In this document: piece after piece, positions 9,432 through 16,999 of the stretch
Position numbering within the stretch: position 1 is the first letter of the stretch
Layout: the number at the start of each line of letters is the position of its first letter
Assembly (NCBI GenBank): GCA_038046385.1
Contig: JBBSWH010000014.1
Span: 1-27,390 of the forward strand
Source of the DNA: Nanobdellota archaeon
GTDB lineage: Archaea > Nanobdellota > Nanobdellia > Woesearchaeales > GW2011-AR4
Length of the DNA: 27,390 nucleotides
Direction: 5' to 3'
Translations under genes and position numbers: made by a program
The notes under the pieces: generated by a model
Databases searched by the model: none
Seen by the model: only the letters and a program-made list of their open reading frames with translations
Told to the model about the DNA's origin: nothing

Positions 9432-9454
9432 AATAACTTTATTAATGAGTTATT
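9432..9454 (+). promoter_or_regulatory. Putative TATA-like box embedded in an inverted repeat upstream of the membrane protein-KaiC operon
   Basis: AATAACT-ttattaatg-AGTTATT, with TTTATTAA about 35-40 bp upstream of ATG 9480. Confidence 0.4.
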
Positions 9455-9479
9455 CAAATAATTCAATTGAAGAGGGAAG

Positions 9480-9863
9480 ATGCAGGAGCAAAAAAACGAG
9501 GTGAGGTCGAACATAGTTCAACAAACTTCCTCCCATAACTCGGAAGTGAATCTGGACTTTAGAAACATTCCTAAGAGGAAGCTTTCTGAGGCAGAGAAGC
9601 AAATAATATTTCTTAAGATAGAGAGAGTAAAGCTTCAAAGGGAAAAATCAGCGCTTATACTTAACAAAAGCGTTATGCTGTTTTTTGGATTCCTTGGTGT
9701 CGCTGTAATCGGCCTTATAAACAAGATAATAACTCCGATGCAGGTCAATATACTGATTGTAAGCGGCGTTCTTGCACTGGTTGTTGGGGTTTTGCCTTAT
9801 AGCTTTGCGTCAAGAAAAGAAGAAAAAGCGCTTGAGCAGACAATAGACGAGCTGATAAACTAA
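9480..9863 (+). CDS. Small two-TM membrane protein, co-transcribed with KaiC-like ATPase 1
   Basis: Two hydrophobic helices (SVMLFFGFLGVAVIGLI; VNILIVSGVLALVVGVLPYSF) and a 2-nt gap to the next gene. Confidence 0.75.
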   Translation: MQEQKNEVRSNIVQQTSSHNSEVNLDFRNIPKRKLSEAEKQIIFLKIERVKLQREKSALILNKSVMLFFGFLGVAVIGLINKIITPMQVNILIVSGVLALVVGVLPYSFASRKEEKALEQTIDELIN

Positions 9864-9865
9864 AA

Positions 9866-10543
9866 ATGGAACGAATACAATCAGGCATAAAGGGATTAGA
9901 CGCTTTGATAAACGGCGGATTTCCAAAAGGGCATTCCATACTTTTATGCGGAGCTCCAGGGACAGGAAAGACAATATTCGCGCTGCAGTTTCTGTACAAG
10001 GGAGTCAAGGATTATAATGAAAACGGCCTGTACATAAGCATAGAAGAGCACCCAAGAAAGCTGAAGATTTACGGGAATGAGTTTGGATGGAATGATATTG
10101 AGCAGCTTGAAAAGGAAAGAAAAATAGAGTTCTTGCGAGTTTCTCCAAGCGACAGGAAGTTTGACATAGTCAATATAGTAAAGCAAAAAGTAAAGGAAAC
10201 AAATGCAAAAAGGCTTGTAGTAGATTCATTGTCTGCAATATACATGGCTTTTGAGGACATAACGCAATTTGTCTATAATTTTGTCAATTTGATTGAAGAG
10301 ATGGGGATAACTAGTGTGATGATAACCGATTCGCCTCCCGGATCAAATGAGCTTACAAAAGACGGGATTTCAGAGTTCGTATGCGACGGGGTTATCCAGC
10401 TGCAGCTGCACGATGTCAGCAAGACTGTCAATCGTACTATTTCTATTAAGAAAATGAGGGGGACAAGCATAATCCCCGGCATGAATACTCTTAAATTCAC
10501 TGAAACAGGGCTTGAAGTGGAAGAGTACAAGGCGTTTTATTGA
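9866..10543 (+). CDS. Single-domain KaiC/GvpD/RAD55-family RecA-like ATPase 1
   Basis: SGIKGLD, Walker A GAPGTGKT, ISIEE, Walker B LVVDSLS, CDGVI, KMRG. Confidence 0.92.
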   Translation: MERIQSGIKGLDALINGGFPKGHSILLCGAPGTGKTIFALQFLYKGVKDYNENGLYISIEEHPRKLKIYGNEFGWNDIEQLEKERKIEFLRVSPSDRKFDIVNIVKQKVKETNAKRLVVDSLSAIYMAFEDITQFVYNFVNLIEEMGITSVMITDSPPGSNELTKDGISEFVCDGVIQLQLHDVSKTVNRTISIKKMRGTSIIPGMNTLKFTETGLEVEEYKAFY

Positions 10544-10614
10544 TAATTATCGGTTAAAACCGATAATTAACAATTCCGCAAATTCACTCAAATTAAAAGA
10601 AAAGTAAATTTGCG
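10544..10614. repeat. Two intergenic inverted repeats
   Basis: Perfect 12-bp stem TAATTATCGGTT-aa-AACCGATAATTA (10544-10569) and an 11/12 stem CGCAAATTCACT (10577-10588) / AGTAAATTTGCG (10603-10614). Confidence 0.8.
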
Positions 10615-10635
10615 TTATTAAAAAAAGAGAGCATT

Positions 10636-11337
10636 ATGGCAAAGGAAGAAAAGATAGCTACAGGGATAAAGGGGCTTGACCAGCTGACTGGCGGCGGTTT
10701 TGAAAAAAACAGCGCGGTGCTTGTTGCAGGTTCCGGAGGATCTGGCAAGAGCATATTCGGAACTCAATTTCTTATGGAAGGCATCAAGAATCACAGCGAG
10801 ACCGGCATTTACATTTCTTTTGAAGAAGTGAAAGACCGTTTTTTCAAGCACATGTTTGTTTTTGGATGGGACTTGAAAGATGTAGAGGAACAAGGAAGAT
10901 TTATTTTTCTCAAATACAGCCCGGAAAGAATTGCAAAAATTGTCAAGGAAAGAAGCAAGGAAATAGAGAACTCTATCAAGGAAGTGGAGGCAAAAAGAAT
11001 TGTGATTGACTCATTATCGGCCTATACCTCATTGTTTGAATCGGAATCGGAAAAAAGAAAGATGCTTGTTGCGCTGTTTGACATGATAAAAGAATGGGAC
11101 TGCACAACTGTTGTTGTTGCGGAAGAAGACCAAAGCCCGAACAAGCCTTTTTCATCCGTCATGGGATTCATGGCAGATGCAATAGTTTTAATGTACAACG
11201 AAAGAGAGCCAAAAGGGCTTCGTTTTCGTGCGGTTGAAGTCTACAAGATGAGAGGGACGAAGCACGAATCCAAAATCTGCTCAATGAAGATAACAGAGCA
11301 CGGGATAGATGTTTATCCTGATGCGGTTGTGTTATAA
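10636..11337 (+). CDS. Single-domain KaiC/GvpD/RAD55-family ATPase 2
   Basis: TGIKGLD, GSGGSGKS, ISFEE, IVIDSLS, ADAIV, KMRGT. Confidence 0.92.
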   Translation: MAKEEKIATGIKGLDQLTGGGFEKNSAVLVAGSGGSGKSIFGTQFLMEGIKNHSETGIYISFEEVKDRFFKHMFVFGWDLKDVEEQGRFIFLKYSPERIAKIVKERSKEIENSIKEVEAKRIVIDSLSAYTSLFESESEKRKMLVALFDMIKEWDCTTVVVAEEDQSPNKPFSSVMGFMADAIVLMYNEREPKGLRFRAVEVYKMRGTKHESKICSMKITEHGIDVYPDAVVL

Positions 11338-11354
11338 TAATTTGATTTGGCGAC

Positions 11355-11436
11355 TGTGCCCTCGAAGAGGGTACATTTTTGATGAAACTTTTTCGCAAAA
11401 AGTTTCCCGGTGTCAACGGACGGAACCGTTGAAACC
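11355..11436. repeat. Three consecutive hairpins (REP-like or structured intergenic element)
   Basis: TGTGCCCTC-gaa-GAGGGTACA (11355-11375); GAAACTTTTT-cgc-AAAAAGTTTC (11384-11406); GGTgTCAACGG-acggaa-CCGTTGAaACC (11409-11436). Confidence 0.8.
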
Positions 11437-11473
11437 ATAAACTTAATAAACAAGCAAATCCTAAAATTACAAA

Positions 11474-12235
11474 ATGAAAAGAATATCCAGCGGAATAAAG
11501 GGACTTGACCCGTTAACAGGCGGAGGATTTTTAGAAGGCCATTCTGTGCTTATTTGCGGAGCTCCTGGAACAGGAAAAACAATATTCGCATTGCAATTTC
11601 TTTACAACGGCATAAAAGAAGACAACGAAAACGGGCTTTATGTCAATATTGAGGATAACCCGGACAAGCTGAAGTATTATGCGCATCAGTTCGGATGGGA
11701 CCTTGACAAGCTTCAGAAGGAAAAAAAACTTGATTTTCTCACGATACCCATAGACTGGAAAGGATTCAAGATTGTTGATGCCATACTTGAAAAGGCGAAA
11801 CAGATAAAAGCAAAAAGAATTGTGATTGATTCATTGTCTGCAATTTCGATAAATGCAAAGATGTTTGACCTTCCATTGAAGAACCAGCCAGACCCGACAG
11901 GAACAATAAAGGGCAAGATTTTGAAAACTGCAGGGTACGTTCCTTTTGAAGATGTTCAAAGATTTACTTATCTTTTTGTAAACAGGATAGCTGATTTTGG
12001 CGCAACAAACTTATTCCTTACAGACACAGACGGGCCTGAAAGCATCACAAGGGACGGAGTTTCAGAATATGTTTGTGATGGAGTAATCTTATTGCAGCTT
12101 AATGACACAAGCAAGAACGTGAGCAGGAATCTTATGGTTAAAAAAATGAGAGGCAGTTCCATTATTCCCGGAATGAACAGCTTAAAGTTCACAAGCTCCG
12201 GACTGGAAGTCGGAGAGTTTAAGGCGTTCTATTAG
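11474..12235 (+). CDS. Single-domain KaiC/GvpD/RAD55-family ATPase 3 (close paralog of ATPase 1, with a 30-aa insert)
   Basis: GAPGTGKT, VNIED, IVIDSLS, CDGVI, KMRG. Shares the IIPGMN...KAFY C-terminus with ATPase 1. Confidence 0.92.
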   Translation: MKRISSGIKGLDPLTGGGFLEGHSVLICGAPGTGKTIFALQFLYNGIKEDNENGLYVNIEDNPDKLKYYAHQFGWDLDKLQKEKKLDFLTIPIDWKGFKIVDAILEKAKQIKAKRIVIDSLSAISINAKMFDLPLKNQPDPTGTIKGKILKTAGYVPFEDVQRFTYLFVNRIADFGATNLFLTDTDGPESITRDGVSEYVCDGVILLQLNDTSKNVSRNLMVKKMRGSSIIPGMNSLKFTSSGLEVGEFKAFY

Positions 12236-12365
12236 GTTTTTGTTTCAATAAGTTTAGTTTTTTATTATTTTAAGTTTTTAATTAAATTTTATTACTGAAT
12301 TATTTTTTTAAATTGATTTTTGTTAATGTTGTTCGTTAATTATTTTTTTTGAATTATTGTGTTTT
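12236..12365 (+). terminator. Long T-rich tract after ATPase 3, likely an archaeal oligo-T terminator region
   Basis: Multiple T runs immediately after the stop codon. Confidence 0.5.
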
Positions 12366-12418
12366 TCCGTTCGGCTTCGCCTCACAATATTTAGGCTCGC
12401 TCAGTGGCTCGCATTATT
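12325..12418 (+). repeat. Dispersed intergenic repeat, copy 1
   Basis: TAGGCTCGCTCAGTGGCTCGCATTATT (12392-12418) is identical to 25465-25491. Both copies are preceded by CGGCTTCGCC and a similar T-rich stretch containing TTCGTTAAT. Confidence 0.85.
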
Positions 12419-12463
12419 GTACAAATAGGATTCTATCTTCTCTTTTCTACTTTCTTAAATAAA

Positions 12464-12562
12464 ACATACTACGTATGCAATAGTATGTACTTAACGTTAA
12501 TAAAAGGTATACTAATATACAAAACAAAACCTTTATATATGATTAAGTATGTGATAGTATGT
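12464..12562 (+). promoter_or_regulatory. Promoter of the RHH-HerA operon with repeated AGTATGT operator-like boxes
   Basis: TATA box TTTATATA at 12532-12539 with an A-rich BRE-like stretch upstream. Inverted repeat ACATACTA (12464-12471) / TAGTATGT (12481-12488). Direct repeats AGTATGT at 12546 and 12556. Confidence 0.65.
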
Positions 12563-12573
12563 AGTGACTTATT

Positions 12574-12753
12574 TTGAAGGAAAGAATCACGATTACGGTA
12601 GACAAAGAACTTCTTAGGTGGCTTGATGAGAAAGTAGGCTCGAAAACTTTTGCGAACAGAAGCCACGGGTTTGAATTTCTGGTAAAGTCAAAAATCACTG
12701 CAGAAAGCTCCATCATGAATTCTAATTTTGCAAAAAACGAGTCTGAAAGATGA
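12574..12753 (+). CDS. Ribbon-helix-helix (CopG/Arc/MetJ-like) DNA-binding protein 1, 59 aa; not in the ORF track
   Basis: Manual translation from TTG: MKERITITVDKELLRWLDEKVGSKTFANRSHGFEFLVKSKITAESSIMNSNFAKNESER. Has the alternating beta-strand RITIT and the NRS helix-2 motif. Confidence 0.8.
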   Translation: MKERITITVDKELLRWLDEKVGSKTFANRSHGFEFLVKSKITAESSIMNSNFAKNESER

Positions 12754-12890
12754 AAGAACGCATAACAATAACGCTGGACAAAGGATTATTGGAATGGCTT
12801 GACAAAAAAATAGATGAAAAAATATTCGCAAACAGGAGCCATGGTTTTGAATTTTTGATAATGGAAAAATTCAGAGAGGAAAAAAAGTGA
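12750..12890 (+). CDS. Ribbon-helix-helix DNA-binding protein 2, 46 aa; not in the ORF track
   Basis: Manual translation: MKERITITLDKGLLEWLDKKIDEKIFANRSHGFEFLIMEKFREEKK. ATGA overlap upstream and GTGA overlap downstream. Confidence 0.85.
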   Translation: MKERITITLDKGLLEWLDKKIDEKIFANRSHGFEFLIMEKFREEKK

Positions 12891-15800
12891 ACACAAAGGC
12901 GTTTGAAAAGCAATACGTGTACTTTTTGATGCTGTTTATAATAGTCGGAGCTTCAATAGGCGGGCTTCTATTAACAAAAAAGTATACCGGATTTGTCGGC
13001 ACAGCAATAGATTCTCAAGCCGGCACTATAACTGCAGTCAATCTTGTGCATAAGCAGACATCCGCATACTGGGCAGGTGTTTTTGGGCTTGTGTTCTCGC
13101 AGTCGAGCTTTAACGAAGAGCAGGCTTCAACAATTACAGCCGGCACGATTTCATCATTAACTCTCGTGTTTACCTGCGTTGATCCTAATTTAGCAATTAA
13201 CGAAATATACATGAGCCCAAATGCAACTATAGATTTCACAACTTTAAGGGCAGGAAGCACGAGCATGATAGACTTTGATTTCCTTAATTTATCCGATACA
13301 ACTACTGAGAGGGCCAACAATTCTTTCACGAGAAACGAGTCCATACTGCTGGGTGGCACAAACATATCAAATATACCTGCAGTCTACACTTATGTCAACG
13401 ACGCCCAGAACTACACTTATTTCTTTACAGGAATACTTAATTCAAGCGGCGCTCTTGTATTAGTCACAAAGGTCTATGCTAATTCTGCGACAAGCTTCAA
13501 GGGCACGCTCATAGACTACCAGACAATGCTCCCAATATTTAACAGCAGCACAAGATGGCATTTCTTTGCCGACCCTTATGATACATGCCCATCCGGTTTT
13601 GGATCAGGCCAGATTGGAGAAAGCATAATAGAAGGATATGTTACAGAATCCGGGTCAAATGTGCCAATAGTCAATGCGACTGTAACTGTAGGCGGTAATT
13701 TTTCATTTACAAATTCACAGGGATTTTTTAACATAACGACAGCCGGGGGAGTTGACTACCAAGTTATTTCTATAAAAGAAGGCTATCTAACAAATATCAC
13801 TCAGATAAGCACGATAATAGGCCAGACTACAACGCAAAATCTGACAATGGCAAAATCCTTCGGCCTCATAGGGCCTAATGCGACTGTTTCCGGATATGTA
13901 AAAGATTCTTCAACCGGATCTATTATATCCGGCGCCCTGATAAGCGTAGCAGGATTCACAAGAACATCTAATCCAACCGGAAATTATTCAGTGACTGTAT
14001 CACAGGGCACTAATGTTATAGCTGCAGTTGCAAGCGGCTACTCAAATTTTGTAGGAAATTTCTCAATTACCGGCGGGCAGAATTTAAGCTTTATAATAAA
14101 CATGACTTCCGCTGTTTCTGAGCAGAATGGAACCCCATTAGGAAACGGGACTGTGCAGGGATTTGCAAAAGACAGCTTAACAAACAATCCAATAAGCAAC
14201 GTAACTGTAACGCTGGACGGCATTTCAAACCTTACGAACGGAATCGGATTTTATAACCTATCTGTATTTGAAGGAACAAAAAATCTTGTTGCCACAAAAA
14301 GTGGATACAATAATTTCATAGCATCTGTATCTGTAGTTGCAAACAATATAACAATAAGGAATTTGAGCATGAGCATCATTACAACTGCAGAAGGCGTCAG
14401 CAACGGAACAATAAACGGAACTGTCAGGACATCAGCAGGCGCTGCAATAAGCAGCGCAACTGTAACTGTTGCCGGAAGATCAGATGCAAGCGATACCGAC
14501 GGAGTTTATGCAATAACCAATGTTCCTGCAGGAACGCATAATCTTGTTGCAACCGCATCCGGGTTCCAGAATTATATTTCTGAAGTCAATATCAGCGCAA
14601 GCCAGAATACTGTGCATAGCATAATAATGGAAGCTGTAACAACAACCGGCCTTGGCCCAGGAAGCGGAGCTGGAAAAGGAGCAGGGCAGGGAGCGGGAAG
14701 AGGGGCAGGACAAGGCCCTGGAAAAGGAGCAGGAACCGGGATACAGGCGCAGATACAGCAGCCGACAGAAATAGTTAATTATGAGGTCTCAGTAAAAAGA
14801 ATACTGAAAAAGCTTAGTGTTGGCAATTTCATAACAGTCCCAATAACAATAACCAATTACAAGGACGAGGCTGCAAACATAAAGTTTTCAATTGAAGGCG
14901 CAATAAAGCCAATGTCCCGCCTTAGCAGAGAGAATATGATTGTGGAGAAGGGGACAAGCGCGGAAATAATAATAACTCTTCTTGGAAATGTTGATCCGGG
15001 AATTTATGAAGGATACTTTGTGATATCGGGGGATATAAACAAAAAAATACCGATATATGTTCTCGTTACAGAAAGGGAAAGGCTTTCTGTAGAATCTCTT
15101 TTGATAAAATTAACCCCATTGCAAAAGAAAGTTTCCCCGGGAGATGTTTTCAAGTATACTGTTGACCTTCAGAATCTTCTGAGCCAGGAAAAATACAAAG
15201 TTACTTTATCGTACAGTGTGAAAGGGATAAACAATAACAGGAGCCTGTTCCTTGAAAAAGAGGATGTTGCAATATTCACTTCATTTTCGCTTCTTAAAAG
15301 CTTTACAATTCCGGAAGATATGCCAATCGGAGATTATTCATTGCAGGTGCACGCTGATTTCCTTGAAACAAGCACAGACCAGTCAACAATATTCAATGTT
15401 GCACAGCCATTCTACAAGTACGCTGTTTTCGGGATGATTCCCGTATGGATGCTTGCGCTTGTCTTAGGGACACTGTCAACAGGCACGTTTGGTTTTGTCG
15501 TCTACAAAAAGAAAAGGGAAGATAAAAAGAGGTACAAGATAGACATAGACTATTCACAAATGCCAAAGGCCGGGCCAAGGTCGGCGTACGTCGGAAACAT
15601 TGCAGAATCAAAAAACAAAACATATTTTGACCTTGATTTGTTCCAGGTCCACACAGTAATAGCAGGATCATCCGGTTCAGGTAAAAGCATAGTTGCGCAG
15701 GACATGGTAGAAGAAGCGCTTCTAAAAGGCGTTGCTGTCATAGTGTTTGATCCAAACGCACTTTGGACAGGATTTTTGAGGAGATGCGAAGACAAAAAGC

Positions 15801-16999
15801 TTCTTGGATTATACAAGGATTTTGGAATGAAAAAAACCGATGCAAAAGCTTTCAACGGAAACGTAAGGCAGATAACTGATGACAGGGAGATGATTGAATT
15901 CAAGAAATTCATGAAGCCGGGAGAGATAAATGTCTTTGTCATAAACAAGCTGGACACTGCAAGGATAGAGAATTTTGTATCGAACATGATAAAGCAGGCT
16001 TTCCATGCAAACCTTCCGGAAAGCAAGGAGCTGAAATACCTTTTAGTTTATGATGGAATCCATTCATTGCTGCCGAAGTTCGGCGGTTCCGGGCAGGTTT
16101 TCGTGCAGATAGAAAGAGCAACAAGAGAATTCAGAAAGTGGGGAATTGGCCTGATACTTTTATCGCAGGTTTTAAGCGACTTCCCGCCAGAAGTTCTTGC
16201 TAACATAAACACAGAAGTCACTTTAAGAACGAGAGATGAAGGTGACTTGAACAGGGTAAAGGAAAAATACGGAGAGAAAGTGCTGCAGTCAGTTGTAAAA
16301 GCAGCTGTCGGCGCAGGAGTCGTGCAGAATTCAGCATACAACAAAGGTAAGCCTTACTTCGTCAACTTCAGGCCGCCGATGCACGGGACTGTAAGAATCA
16401 GCGAGGAAGACCTTGATAATTACAACAAGTTCAACAGGGAGATAGAAGAAATCGAATATCAGCTTGAGCAGCTTGAGAAGGATAATATTGACATATTTGA
16501 TTTAAAGCTGGAATTAAAACTTGCGCAGGATAAAGTAAAATCCGGAAATTTCAACATGGTCGGCATTTATCTTGACGGGTTAAAGCCAAGAGTGAAGGCG
16601 CAGTGGGACAAGCTTGGAAAAGTTCCAAAGAAGAGAGAAATAAAATATTTTGATGAAAACGATTCGAAGTCTGATGCTAACAAAGCAAAGCAGCAAAAAA
16701 AAATAGAGGATGTTGTGCAGGATGACGGAGTTAGCGAAGCGATAAAGCAGGCAAAGGAAAGAAGAGGGGCTGCGCAAAAGGCAGAAGCTGAGAAAGAAAA
16801 TGCTTCGCAGGATAATCCTGAAACGCAGGTTGACGAGCTTGGAAAGCAGATAACGGATTTAGTTGGCAAAAAGGAAAAGCAGAAAGCGACTGAAGTTTAC
16901 GCAAAAGTGCAAGAAGTTTACAAGAATGCTCCAAAAGAGCTGAAATCAAAACTATTGCCAAAATGCATCGAGCTGCAGAAGGTGATAAAGAATGGCTAG
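12887..16999 (+). CDS. Membrane-anchored fusion: extracellular beta domain, 4 carboxypeptidase-regulatory-like repeats, Gly-X linker, Ig-like domains, TM helix, HerA/VirB4/FtsK-superfamily ATPase and helical tail
   Basis: N-terminal hydrophobic helix; four G-x-[VA]...I-x-x-[AV]-[TL]-[VI]-x-[VL]-x-G repeats; TM ~15422-15505 followed by KKKREDKKR; HTVIAGSSGSGKS; VIVFDP; LLVYDGIH; REFRKWGIGLILLSQ; ANINTE. Confidence 0.88.
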   Translation: MNTKAFEKQYVYFLMLFIIVGASIGGLLLTKKYTGFVGTAIDSQAGTITAVNLVHKQTSAYWAGVFGLVFSQSSFNEEQASTITAGTISSLTLVFTCVDPNLAINEIYMSPNATIDFTTLRAGSTSMIDFDFLNLSDTTTERANNSFTRNESILLGGTNISNIPAVYTYVNDAQNYTYFFTGILNSSGALVLVTKVYANSATSFKGTLIDYQTMLPIFNSSTRWHFFADPYDTCPSGFGSGQIGESIIEGYVTESGSNVPIVNATVTVGGNFSFTNSQGFFNITTAGGVDYQVISIKEGYLTNITQISTIIGQTTTQNLTMAKSFGLIGPNATVSGYVKDSSTGSIISGALISVAGFTRTSNPTGNYSVTVSQGTNVIAAVASGYSNFVGNFSITGGQNLSFIINMTSAVSEQNGTPLGNGTVQGFAKDSLTNNPISNVTVTLDGISNLTNGIGFYNLSVFEGTKNLVATKSGYNNFIASVSVVANNITIRNLSMSIITTAEGVSNGTINGTVRTSAGAAISSATVTVAGRSDASDTDGVYAITNVPAGTHNLVATASGFQNYISEVNISASQNTVHSIIMEAVTTTGLGPGSGAGKGAGQGAGRGAGQGPGKGAGTGIQAQIQQPTEIVNYEVSVKRILKKLSVGNFITVPITITNYKDEAANIKFSIEGAIKPMSRLSRENMIVEKGTSAEIIITLLGNVDPGIYEGYFVISGDINKKIPIYVLVTERERLSVESLLIKLTPLQKKVSPGDVFKYTVDLQNLLSQEKYKVTLSYSVKGINNNRSLFLEKEDVAIFTSFSLLKSFTIPEDMPIGDYSLQVHADFLETSTDQSTIFNVAQPFYKYAVFGMIPVWMLALVLGTLSTGTFGFVVYKKKREDKKRYKIDIDYSQMPKAGPRSAYVGNIAESKNKTYFDLDLFQVHTVIAGSSGSGKSIVAQDMVEEALLKGVAVIVFDPNALWTGFLRRCEDKKLLGLYKDFGMKKTDAKAFNGNVRQITDDREMIEFKKFMKPGEINVFVINKLDTARIENFVSNMIKQAFHANLPESKELKYLLVYDGIHSLLPKFGGSGQVFVQIERATREFRKWGIGLILLSQVLSDFPPEVLANINTEVTLRTRDEGDLNRVKEKYGEKVLQSVVKAAVGAGVVQNSAYNKGKPYFVNFRPPMHGTVRISEEDLDNYNKFNREIEEIEYQLEQLEKDNIDIFDLKLELKLAQDKVKSGNFNMVGIYLDGLKPRVKAQWDKLGKVPKKREIKYFDENDSKSDANKAKQQKKIEDVVQDDGVSEAIKQAKERRGAAQKAEAEKENASQDNPETQVDELGKQITDLVGKKEKQKATEVYAKVQEVYKNAPKELKSKLLPKCIELQKVIKNG
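14648..14740 (+). repeat. Gly-X dipeptide repeat linker (31 aa, 16 Gly)
   Basis: GLGPGSGAGKGAGQGAGRGAGQGPGKGAGTG. Confidence 0.9.

Noticed and set aside
9866-12235. Circadian clock (kaiABC) or RadA/RadB recombinase
   Set aside because: These are single-domain proteins with no KaiA/KaiB nearby and no aligned Ser/Thr phosphosites. The EE/ED and KMRG motifs fit the KaiC/GvpD/RAD55 group rather than RadA.
12236-12570. CRISPR array or coding ORF (12469..12666 minus) in the long intergenic region
   Set aside because: There is no regularly spaced repeat-spacer structure. The minus ORF overlaps the promoter and the RHH gene and has no recognisable features.
15580-16400. Housekeeping HerA DNA-repair helicase or Sir2-HerA defence system
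   Set aside because: No HAS-barrel-like N-terminus is evident, no nurA/mre11/rad50 or Sir2 neighbour is present, and the ATPase is fused to a TM helix and ectodomain.
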